A stretch of DNA of 61,658 nucleotides, counting the filler, from Chiloscyllium plagiosum (taxonomy: Eukaryota), in assembly GCF_004010195.1 (NCBI RefSeq). It is 2 parts of one record of this genome, joined end to end, with 100 filler letters (N's around TTAATTAATTAA, not from the genome) between each part and the next. Parts side by side here need not be neighbours in the genome. Positions count along the whole stretch, not along the records: positions 32,045 to 61,658 come from NC_057717.1; 1 more part is not named here. One strand, 5' to 3'. Each line of letters starts with the position of its first letter. The first letter of the stretch is position 1. Below, in pieces: positions 50,292-61,658 of this stretch. The notes beneath the pieces are model-generated. The model was not told where the DNA came from. It ran no database searches and saw only the letters and a program-made list of their open reading frames with translations. The translations under genes and the position numbers were made by a program.

Positions 50292-51014
50292 TGCTGGAAC
50301 TTGGCGCCTATTCTCAGATTCTGATCTCTCGTCTCCCTGTCTATGCAGCTGCTGATCCCTGTAGTGCAGCTATAATGGGATAATGCATTACAAGAAGCCC
50401 CTTACTAATAGAAGAGGGAAACCGTCCAGTGACACAATTAGGATCCATGGGGACTGACATCAGTCACAGTCAGTAAACAAACAGATCCAGTTAACTCCTT
50501 TCAGTATAGTGCTTTCAGTTCACAATAACAACTGGATTGAATTGAAGGTTGACATCGCTGGCTATTGGTCATATCTCCCATTACCAATTGCTCTCCTGAA
50601 GTTCGTTGTGAGGGAGAATGATGGATGTTTTCTTACAGCAGGCTAGATGATTCTGCAGTGTTGTCCGTTTGCAATGCTATATCCGCCTGAACCTCCCACC
50701 ATGACCACCCACAAAAAACACAATCTAAATGTTGTTATTGTGCTGATATCTCTTCGACGAGAACAGGTACCAACCAACAAATTCTGAGTGGGCATATTTG
50801 CACTCCGATGCACAGGAAGTGTGGATCTGCCTGGGCATTCCTCTGCTTGCACTAATGAGACAGTTTGGTATTTTCAACACCCAATGCGAGTCAGCTCAGT
50901 TTTATGTAAACTGGCAAACACGTTAGTACATTTATCGGCTTCAAATCAACAGGACTTAATTGTTTTTGACTGCAGTACACTTTAGATGGCATGATTTTCA
51001 TTAATATGGCATGT

Positions 51015-54000
51015 AGTCACAAAGTCGGTCCTTTTACAACGTTACGTTGTTCTTGGTTTTTGCCTTAAAGAGGACCTAAAAACCCAAGGTGCCAGAATTT
51101 TTAAAGATTCATTGGGGTACTTTTGTTTATACAAGACAGATAATGCCTCAGCCACAAGGCTTTCAAGTTTTGTTAACAGAAACTTGTATAATCAAGAGGA
51201 CGTGGCCAGCTCTCTAGCTGGACAGATCGGAGCAGTTCTGGGGTTAGTTGAGTCAGGGTCACCATTGTAACTGGATGCTCTCTCATTCCTTCTGCCCTTC
51301 TGAATTTATAATCTGTTAGCCTTTTTATCAGTTTTATTCTTTGTGCAAAGCTATACGTTTACTGGGGTTGTTGCAAGTATTTTGGAATAGCATCCTTTAG
51401 ACGGGATAACCTGTCAGGTTTGGATAGGATAACATATTCAGGTATTCTATTTTCTGTTCCTTGTGTTTCATTCTATAATTTGTTAAATAAAGTCTGTTTG
51501 TTTCCAACTCAGCATTCTTACCAGTTAAGTCACTCTGGGAATATCTACTATATAATAACCTACAACAGATAGCGAAGTTATGGCATGGTATACGTGCTTT
51601 AAAATGTTTTGAGGGGTCGGGCCTGCTCCATAACATATTAGGGCTACTTTGTGGGATTTAGGCATTGAGTGGCAAGTATTATTGTGTTTTATTTCGTGTG
51701 TTAATTTGATGCAGAAACAGAACTTCAATAGCAATGGCTCTTGCAGTCACCAAGGTTGTTTTGGAGGTGGAAGAATTGACCTGGGGTGGGGTTTACAAAA
51801 TGCACATAGTTCAAGCTGCGGGAATTAATAGACAAGCTGGTGTTGAAGCTACCTCCTAATGCAAGCAAAGATGAGATGATTGCAGCAGGAGCTCGGCATT
51901 CCAATTTGCTGGAAACTCCATCAGGATCTATGGAGATGAATAAACGTCAATTGCAAATGAAGCAGTTTGAGTTAGAAGCAGAAATGAAGCAGTTTGAATT
52001 ACGACTAGAATCAGAATAGGAAGAAAGAGAACGAATAGGTTTAGCAGAGGAAAGAGAAAAAAGAACAAATAGCTTTCGTGGAAAGAAAGCAAAGGAGAGA
52101 GCGTATGAGCTTCAGAGATGGGCACTTAGAATGGAAAGTCAGCTTAAAAGGATGGAGATGAAGGCTGAAGGTGAGCTTAGTAAGGAGCAGAGTGAGGATG
52201 AGCAGACCCATGGTAGTCAAAAGCCTCGTGAGAGACATTTTAAGTATATTCACGCCTTGCATAAAGTGATGAATAGGATATAGAAATCTTCTTCATTTAA
52301 TTTCAAAAAATGGCTAAACCATTGTATTGGTCAGTGGCCATGTGGGTATTGTTGATCCAAACCAAACTTTGTAGGTTGAGCTCGTGAGGTATTCACAACA
52401 CTATCAGAGGTGAGATCTGGGGAGTACGAGGCGGTAAAGAAAGTGAGTATGACCTTGTGCCAGAATCCTACAGACAACGTTTCAGGAATATAAGGAAGGG
52501 ATCCTGGTCAAACCCATATTGAGTTTGAAAGGATGAAACAAAGTAAATTTGATGGATGGAGAAGAGCTTTAAAAAGAGAGCAAACCTACGATGCTCTTCG
52601 AGAGACAATTAATTTGGAGGATTCAAATATTTGTAGCTCAGTTAAACTAATTGAGTTACAGCAGAAAGATAAAAGGTTAAAATAATTACATCAAAAAACA
52701 TATACGTTAGGAATTTTAACTGTATCCATGAGTGTTATTACTCTTAAAATGATGTCCAAATGAGGCAATGGAGACTATCACCTACTCAAGGAGATGATAA
52801 TTGGGCAGACGTTCATCAAATCGTGTTGTCCATGGGATACAGAAAGGAGGTGATGCGAATGGTGCATGAGCTACCACCAAAACAGGCTTAAATACAGAGA
52901 CATTATTATTGGCCTGGACTGCAACAGGATGTAGTTGAATTTTGGCGGACGTGTCATACATGTCAGGCAATTGGAAAAACACAAGCGATAATAAAACCCG
53001 CACCTTTCTTAACAATTCCTGCATTTGAGGAGCCTTTTACAACGTCTTAATTGATTGGTCAGCTCCCTAACATCAATCCAAAAAATTGGGCAACAGCATT
53101 TGATAACAATACTGGATGCATCGACGAGATTTCCAGAGGCTATCCCAAGATGCAATATCACAGTTAAAAGAATTGCAGAGGAATTACTCTTTTTAAAAAT
53201 TAGATAAGGACTGCCAATAGAGATGCAGTGAGATCAAGGTTCAAACTTCACAAACAAATTATTCAGTATAATGTCTTTGGAATGAAGCAATTCAAATCTA
53301 CTGCGTACCATGCAAAATTGCAGGGAGCGCTAGAAAGTTGACATTAAATATTAAAGACCATGTTGAGGGCTAATGCTCAGGATTATCCAGATGATTAGCG
53401 CAAGAGAATTCCATTTGTGCTTTTTGTGATGAGGGATGCACCAAATTAACAGAGCAAATTCAATCCATTTGTATTAGTTTTTGGGCATTAAGTGGGAGGA
53501 CCATTAAAATCGATTAAGCAGAAAATAGTAAATCAGCATTTAAAGGTCACACTTTAAGGAATGATAAATAGCGCTGGGGAATTGGCTACACAGCATTTAA
53601 AAGTATTGTAGCATATAAAAAAACAGAAAGCAGGCAGGAAACAAACAATTGCAATTTTGCTATCGGGAATAAGACATTACTCTTACTTCCAGTGATAGGT
53701 GAATCTTCAAAAGCAAGGTTTAGTGGACCTTATGAAATATAAAGGATGTTGAGTGAGGGTAATTACTTGATAAGAACTCCAGACAGAAACATATCTCACA
53801 GCGTTTGTAATGTGAAAACGCTCAAAACGTATTTTGATAATGAAGAAAGCTAGAGGAGAAGCTTTTAAGTGTCACAGAAGGAAGAATCAAGTTCCGACGT
53901 CAAATTAAAGTGGGCAATGAGATAGTTCTCTAAAATTGAGATACATTATTGAGTTACCTGCCTGACCAAAGTTGAAATGATGAGAAAGAGTTATTATTAT

Positions 54001-56337
54001 CACATGGGGAGATATGCAGTCATTACCTTGGAAGTACTAACCCAACTGTGCATAATGTAGCTTATAGGAGTTGCTGTTATGATTATGTAACATCCTTACA
54101 GGCATAATCCGCTAAAGTTAGCACGGGCGTAGAAAGGTATTGAATGCGTGCTCTGAGATGACATAATCAACATGCGTAACAGTGATTGGAACTCACCCAT
54201 AGCCATTGTACCAAAACCAAATGGCACCCAACAGTTATGTGTGGTCTATCATAAAGTCAATGCAGTTAAGAAGGTTGATGTATACCCAATTCCGCGTTTG
54301 GAAGACTGCGTTGAAAATTTGGGACAAGCAACTTACATTTGGTGTGAAACATGTGCTGGCCACGTTTCAGGGACTAACCAATAAGTTGCCAGATATCCAA
54401 CGTGTCGTGTACATTGATGACCTAGTGGTTTTTAGTCATTCATGGAAGGAACACTTACAGCATTTATCAGATTTTCTCGATCGACTTCAGAAGGCAGGCT
54501 TGGTGGGAAACCTAGCGAAAAGCGAATTTGCAAAAGCAAAAGTCACCTTCCTGGGCCATGCTATTAGACATAGATAAACGGTGACATGGGATGTAAAAGT
54601 GAAGGTAATTGGGGACTTTCCCATACCGTAGACTAAACGAGCAGCACTATGCTTCCTGGAATGGAATGGATTTTATCGAAGAGTTGTGCCTCATTTTTGC
54701 AACATGACTGCTCCACTTGTTAAAGAAAGGCAAGAAAATTCAGTGGACAGAGAGCCGTCAGAAGGCATTTGACAGCATAAAATATGTGTTAACCTTTGCC
54801 CCACTACCAGACAGACCTGATTATGCAAAACCATTCAAGGTGGCTTTAAATGTGAGTGATCTGCGTATCACTACTGTAGCAACACGGCAAGGAGACAGAA
54901 AGACCTATTGGATATTTCTCCAAGAAGTTGAACGTTCATTATTCAACCGTTGAGAAAGAGACTGCGAGCTTGTTGTTAGCAGTACAAAACTTCACTGACC
55001 ATAACCCATTGAAGTTTTTGCAGAAACGTATGGACAAAAATGCGAGACTGTTGAGCTGGAGCCAGTAGTTACAGCCAGTCAATTTGAAAACTGTGCACGG
55101 GCAGGTCTTGAAAACATGATTGCCAATACATTTTTCAGACTCGAATGACAGATCAAGGCACTCAGTGATGGAAGTACCACGCACTGAGTCCGGATGTTGT
55201 TGTGCATACTTGCATGTTTATAGTAAATGAATGTACATGCGCATATTAGTGTACTAACCACTATTTTTGATGGGTTAGACAACTGAAGCCATCTTTGGAT
55301 ATTGATGGTTCAGTTTTATATCAATGGAGCTGTCACAAAGCTGGTCCCTTAATATGTTACGTTGTCCTTGAATTGTTTTCAGAGATTTTCTAAACGACCC
55401 AAGGTTCCAACATGTCTCAATTTTGAATGCTTCATTGGGGTCCTTTGGTTTTTACCTAACAGATAATGCATCGGGAAGAAAGCTTTCAAGTCTTTAAAAA
55501 AAACTGGTGTAATCAAGCTGCACAGGTCAGTTCACTTCGTGGGTTAGTTGAGTCAGAATCATTGTTGAAACTGGGCGCCCTCCCCCTCCTTCAGCCCTCT
55601 GACTTTGTAACCTGTAAGCTTATTGTGTGTAAGTGTGGTTCTGTTCGCCGAGCAGGAAATTTTTGTTGCAAACGTTTCGTCCCCTGTCTAGGTGACATCC
55701 TCAGTGCTTGGGAGCCTCCTGTGAAGCGCTTCTGTGGTGTTTCCACCGGCATTTATAGTGGCCTGTCCCTGACACTTCCGGTTGTCAGTTTCAGCTGTCC
55801 GCTGTAGTGGCCGGTATATTGGGTCCAGGTCGATGTGTTTGTTGATGGAGTTTGTGGATGGCACTCATAAATGCCGGAGGAAACACCAGAGAAGCGCTTC
55901 ACAGGAGGCTTCCAAGCACTGAGGATGTCACCTAGACAGGGGATGAAACGTTTGCAACAAAAACTTCCAGCTCGGCGAACAGAACCACAACAACGAGCAC
56001 CCGAGCTACAAATCTTCTCACAAACATTGTGTGTAAGTTTTACTGTTTATGCTCAGGGTTTTGTTTATTGAGATTGTTGCAAGTAATTTGGAACAACATC
56101 ATTAAGTTGTGATAGTCTGTCAGGTCCAGATAGGATGAATTATTCAGGTACTGGATTTTAATTTATTGTGTTTTATTCCTTACTTTTGTAAATAAATTGT
56201 TTGTTTAAAAGTTGGCAGTCGACCAGCTAATTCACTCTAGAAATATCCACTGTACAGTTAACTTCAACAAATAGCAAGATTGCGGTCTGGGCTACGTGCT
56301 TAAAAATGTTTTGAGGGGTCGGGCCTGGTCCATAACA
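51015..56337 (+). mobile_element. Gmr1-like Gypsy LTR retrotransposon (gag-IN-RT-RH order), decayed
   Basis: LTRs 51015-51635 and 55331-56337 (both end CATAACA), TSD ATGT (51011-51014 / 56338-56341). gag ~51734-52620; integrase ~52800-53840; RT ~54080-54580 (WNSPIAIVPKPNG, YPIPRLED, YIDD at 54410-54421); RNase H ~54830-55130 (YSTVEKE, TDHNPL). Protease region deleted. Confidence 0.92.
55634..56025 (+). mobile_element. Short fold-back Penelope insertion (same family as 22478) inside the 3' LTR of the Gmr1-like element
   Basis: Inverted pLTR arms; 12-bp TSD ATTGTGTGTAAG (55622-55633 / 56026-56037); absent from the 5' LTR. Confidence 0.92.
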
Positions 56338-56373
56338 ATGTACAATAACATTGTTCATTCAAAGTCATGAATT

Positions 56374-59300
56374 GAGATTCAAAATGGCGGCGACCCAGCA
56401 AGTGTGATTCTGTAGTACTCTGCCCAAGACTCAGGCAAACTTGAGTACCCGCCACCACCACATCCTCTAAACCCATTAAAATAACTTTTACCCAGCATAT
56501 TTAGTCATTTTGCACCAAGCTTGAACAGTTTGTTACTGTGTTTAAAATGACTAAAGAAAAAAATGTCCGCAGATCGCAACAAGCAGGGAAACCTCCCCCA
56601 CCCTCTCCAGCAGCACCGACATGTCCGCGACCACCTTGGGGGACTTACCTGCAGAGGCGAGCCTGGTCTACATGATTAACAAGCTGCAAGGGAGGATCGA
56701 TTCCTTCATCGAAGAATCCAGGAGCAGGTGGGAGTCGTTCTCAGCACGACCGAGAAATTGAAAAACTCGAACATCGTGATGGAGGGCGGAGCTAAAGGCC
56801 GCGACCTCGGAGACTGCGGCTGAATCGGACGTGGGCCGGATCCGGGCTCTCGAACAGTGAGTTTGGACCTTGGAGGAGCATATCGACGAGGTGGACAATC
56901 GGGGTCATCGAAAAGTTATCCGGTTGCTGGTCCTTCCTGAACGGGAAGAGGAAGGCCAGCTGGCAGTCCTTTTTGGAGCCATGGATCCGTGAAATATTAA
57001 ATCTGGACTCTGGACCAGGCCAGATGTGGATAAAGTAGGCCCACCAGGTTGCTATACGCAGGCCCGGGTCGGACCAGCACCCCTGACCGGTCCTGTTTCG
57101 GCTCCATTGCTAGAGAGAAGCAGATGCTCCTGGAAGACACTAGAATCCTGGGGAAGGATCCCCAGGCCATGGTGTACAAGGGCTCTAGGATTATGCTATT
57201 TCAGGATTCTTCTCCAGCTTTGGTCCACAAAAGGAGGGCATTTGATAAGGTGAAGAAGCGTCTGAGAGACATAAACATCCAATATTCCTTGTGTTACACA
57301 GCAACGCTGCGCTACAGCCGTGAAGGATCCGTTTATAACTTTGGATCACTGGAGAGGGGTAAAGAATTTCGCACTCTCATAAATAGTCTGTAAGAACTAA
57401 ACTGGATGGCTGTTGATGCTATTTTCCATCTGCCACCACCCCCCAACCCCCACCCCGGTTTACCTTTTCTTTCCCTTTTCATCCCCTTGATTGTTTATTA
57501 TCGCCTCCAGGGGTAGGGAGGGGGGATTATTTGTTATCCTCTATGTGATTTTCTTATTTTTTACAGGCCGGGTAGCTTAGTTAATTCGTATGGGGGGGTG
57601 GGGGGGGGTGCGGTTTGCTCTGTCGTTCCTCATTTCTTTTTAGAGCGGGATTTTTTTCTCCTTCTATAATTATACTTCGTTATTTAATACTTGCCGGGAT
57701 TGTAACTTTATAGTTTTATATGTTTATACTTTGTATTATTTTTACTAAACGTATTCAAGTGATTGTGGGCGTGGGGGGGTGGGGAACTCAATTTTAACTT
57801 TGGTTTTATGGTACACATAAATTTATTTACTCTATTATGTGGTGCCTGGGTCGAGGGCGGGGCGCTGGTTTGGAGAGGATACGATGGGTTTATTGACAGG
57901 TAGTGATGCCCCCTGGGGACAAGGGGGAAATCTACTTTTAAATGTGTTTTATATTTTTCTTATTTAGAAATAGTTTTTTAACTATATTGTCGTTAATGTG
58001 TTAAAGAATTTCTACTTGTGTGAATTTTCTACGGTCTGAACTGGGGGTGTTTTGGGTGGGGTTCTTCCTCCCGGGGGGTCTCGTTCTTGTCTGGACAATC
58101 GTGGTTAGTCATTCGATTAGCTTGTGCACCTGGAACGTCAAGGGGAGTAATTCACCAAACAAAAGTTTGAAAATACTATCAAACCTCAAAAATGAAAGGG
58201 TTGATATAGCTCTCTTACAGGAGACACACTTACTGGATAAAGAGCACTTAAAATTACAACAAGGAGGATTTGATCAGGCCTTCTTTTTATCTTTTAGTTC
58301 CAAAAATAGGGAAGTAGTCATTCTCATTCGGAAGAACCATCCTTTCAAAATCATAAGTCAGATAAAAGATGAATCTGGACAGTATATACGGATTAAAGCC
58401 CACGTAAATGTAGAGGAGTATGGAATTTTGAATCTTTATTGTTCCCTGGCATACCCGTTCAAATTTATAATGGAAGCATTCTCCAAACTGATGGCTTTTG
58501 GGGCTCATCACACAATTACAGGAGGAGATTGTAATTGTACGATGGACCCAGAGATAGACAGAATTCCCAAGAGTACTGTGGGTATAGTAGATGTGTGGAG
58601 GTGCCTTCATCCGCAGGGCAGAGACTTTACACTCTGCTCGAACCGACATAAGTGTCATACCAGAATTGATATTTTTTTTTGCTCCTTCGAACTTTCTGAA
58701 CTCCATATTATCCTGCAAAATAGTTAATATAATAATCTCTGATCATGCTGCAGTATATATGGAAGTTAACACGAGGGACGATGAGACAAGCCCCCGACAT
58801 GGCATATGGATTCCTTCTTAATGATGGATCGTAAATTCGTAAAATATTTCTCTCAAGAATTCAAAACCTTTTTGGAAATTAACTCAGGCACGGCCAGTAT
58901 CCCATCTATGATGTGGGAGACCATTAAGACTTATGCGCGAGGTCTCATCATTTCATACTCGGCGAACCAGAACAAAAAAGGGAGAACCAACAGCGTCTTC
59001 TCGAGGCTCATTTGAAGGCAGCTGAGACAGCATACGTTGATAAGCCCTCTATTGCTAAATTACAAAGAATTACAGCCCTTAGGGCAGCTCTGAATACTGT
59101 ACGTACACAAACAGCAAAAAGGGAAATATTATTTGCATAACAAAGACTATATGAATACAGCGATAAGCCTCGTAGATAACTAGCACATCTCGCAAGGCCC
59201 CTCAAGCTATCATGTCCATTAGGGAAAGTGCTGGTACTTTACCTCATGACCGGAAAAGGATCAATACAACCTTCAGAAAGTTTTATTTTGATCTGTATAA

Positions 59301-61440
59301 ATCACAGGATTGTGAAGACAGAGCTCAGACGATGGAGTCATCTTTTAAAAGGCTGGCCTTTCCGGACTTAATCCCGAAAGAGGTGTCGGTTCTGAATGCT
59401 CCCCTGGCAACCCAGGAAGTACTTGATGAAATCAGGCAGCTTCAGAGTGGTAAAGCACCTGGCCCAGATGGATTTCAGGCTGAATTCTACAAAGAGTGTG
59501 TAGGAGTACTGGCTGGTCCACTTATAGACATATACAATTATTCATATAGTCAGGGCTGCCTCCCGCCTTCGATGAGAGAAGCAAATATTTCTCTCATCTT
59601 TAAAAAAGGAAATGCCCCAGAAGATTACACATCATACAGACCAATACCTTTGCTAAATGTAGATTTTTAAATTCTTCCTAAAACATGAGCATTACGGCTG
59701 GAGAGGGTTTTACCACACATCATAAAAGATGATCAGACGAGATTTATTAAGGGCTGCAGATCATCTAATAATATTAGAAGGGTTTTTAATGTTATCCAAG
59801 ACTGTCATCAGGAAAGAATACTGCGAATAGTAGTCTTTTAGATGCGGATAAGGCATTCGATCAGGTTGCATGGTCATATCCGATTTACACACTGGAAAAG
59901 TTCCGTGTCGGAGAGGTATTCGCCAAATGAGTCTCAATATTGTAACAACAACCCCAAAGCAGCCATGATTACAAATGGTTTATGCTCGGATAGCTTCAGT
60001 GTGGGTGGCAGCTGTCGTCAGGGATGTCCTCTCTCACCGTTATTATTCACGCTAATAATTGAACCACTAGCAGAAGCTATACGTGCTGATTTTAATATAA
60101 TGACTCTGAGGGATGGTTCAGGTAAACATAAAATTACCATTAACGCAGACCATGTTCTCCTTTTTCTTAGTAATCCTTTGATATCCATGCCCCGCTTGAT
60201 CCAACTAATTAATTTATTCAGTGCGTTCTCAGGTTACAAGATCAATTTCGTAAAATAGGAGGCCATGTAAATGGGTGGTTTCGCTAGTATGTCCAATTTA
60301 TCAGACGGATCTCGCTTTCCCTTTCGGTGGTCTCTGGAGTGTTTTTATATTTAGGAATTTTTATCACCTCAGTATTTTGACAGCTGTACAAAGCTAATTT
60401 TGTGCACCTATTAGAGAGGATAAGGCAGGAACTTCAATGCTGGGGGAACTTCCGATATTTTGGTTTGGCAGAATAGCTCTAATTAAAATGAATATTTTGC
60501 CTCGTCTCTTATGCCCTATGCGAATGCTCCCTGTGATGTTGCCCAGGCATTGTGAAAACTATACGGTTGGATTGGTGCTTTCATTTGGAATCATAGATGG
60601 CCCCTTATTAAATTAAAGAAGCTGCAGCTTCCACAAGCAAGGGGAGAACTGGATTTGCCAGACTTTAGGAAGTATCAGCTGAGTTCTCTATTAAGCTACA
60701 TAGCCGACTGGGTCTCGTGTGACCCACAATCAATCTGGCTGGACATTGAGGCTTCTCAAGCAAAGCGTCCCCTCACTAAACTCTTATTTTTAGATAAGAC
60801 GAAAGTCATTATGAATCATTATAAAAACCCTAAATACAATTAAAGCTTGGAAGATAATGTGGCATGACGAAGGTAATTCACAAAAATCCTCACCTTATAC
60901 TCCTATAGTGGGAGCATGGGATTTTCAACCGGGGTACACAGACGCTACATTTAAAACCTGGAGGTCCAGTGGTATCTCTTGCTAAGGGGATCTGTTCGAT
61001 GGGGAGGTTATGATGTCATTTGAACAGCTGCACCAGAAATTTGGACTGCCTAATGGTGACCTTTTTCGAGAATTCCAAATTCGAGATTATACACAGAAGA
61101 AGACCACATTATTGGATAGATCTTATAAATCGGATAGGGAAAGAAGGGTGTTATGGGCAATGAGTCCACTCTCGGTCAGCACTCTTTATCACTCATTACA
61201 GAACCAAGTATCAAAAGATATGGAAAAATTGTTTAAAACATGGAATCGGGAATTGGGGTTGGAAATCCCTTTAGAAATGTGGGATGACATCTGAGAAAAT
61301 GACAGAAAGTTCTCTATTTGTAATAGAACCCAAGTTATTCAACTAAAGGTACGCAATAGGAATGATATAATACTGGAATGACTGATAAAATGTATGGCAC
61401 GAACATCTCCAATGTGTCCTCAATGTAAAATAGAAGCAGA
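56374..61440 (+). mobile_element. Near full-length decayed L1-clade LINE
   Basis: ORF1 remnant ~56547-57393 (LEEHIDEVDNRGHRKVIRLLVLPE; LFQDSS), ~0.7 kb spacer, ORF2 from ~58100: APE (TWNVKG, LLQETHL, RID, SDHAAV), RT (PGPDGF, SYRPIPLLNVD, RQGCPLSPLLF, decayed YADD), CPQC near 61415. Many stops. Confidence 0.93.
56380..56391 (+). promoter_or_regulatory. YY1-like site at the L1 5' end
   Basis: CAAAATGGCGGC matches the YY1 consensus, a few nt inside the element start, as in mammalian L1 promoters. Confidence 0.55.
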
Positions 61441-61658
61441 GATGGAAATGTGTTGCTGGAAAAGCGCAGCAGGTCAGGCAGCATCTAGGGAACAGGAGGA
61501 TCGACGTTTCGGGCATTAGCCCTTCTTCAGGAATGAGGGAAGTTGGTCCAGCAGGCTAAGATAAAAGATAGGGAGGAGGGACTTGGGGGAGGGGCGTCGG
61601 AAATGTGATAGGTGGAAAGAGGTCAAGGTGAGGGTGATAGGTCAGACGGGGGTGGGGG
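61441..61658 (-). mobile_element. Penelope-like 3' end/pLTR interrupting the L1 element, runs off the window
   Basis: aaatgtgttgctggaaaagcgcagcaggtcaggcagcatc...gacgtttcgggcattagcccttcttcagg, same family as 19311-19471. Confidence 0.8.
61503..61530 (-). ncRNA. Minimal hammerhead ribozyme motif
   Basis: Minus strand reads CUGAAGA-A-GGGC-UAAU-GCCC-GAAAC-GUC. Confidence 0.72.

Overview
Eukaryotic, repeat-rich vertebrate DNA. The repeat content (HE1-type V-SINEs, CR1 LINEs with esterase ORF1, Penelope-like elements) points to a cartilaginous fish, probably a shark (inference). There is one intact host gene: a two-exon class A GPCR of the shark-expanded GPR139-like type on the minus strand (exon 1 15115-15052, exon 2 6659-5749, 324 aa). 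A second, orphan GPR139-like first exon lies at 50291-50075 with no partner exon 2 visible. The rest is mostly decayed retroelements: three Gmr1-like Gypsy LTR elements (integrase upstream of RT), many CR1 fragments, a near full-length L1-clade LINE, and several fold-back Penelope insertions carrying minimal hammerhead ribozyme motifs. A duplicated CR1/25-bp-minisatellite block is also present. An artificial 100-bp linker (N44-TTAATTAATTAA-N44) at 31945-32044 means the two halves of the window may not be truly adjacent. I cannot show a new biological system from sequence alone. The best leads are the two splice-compatible GPCR first exons, the direct-repeat-bounded exon-1 cassette, and the ribozyme-bearing mini-Penelope hairpins that hit the same CR1 site twice.
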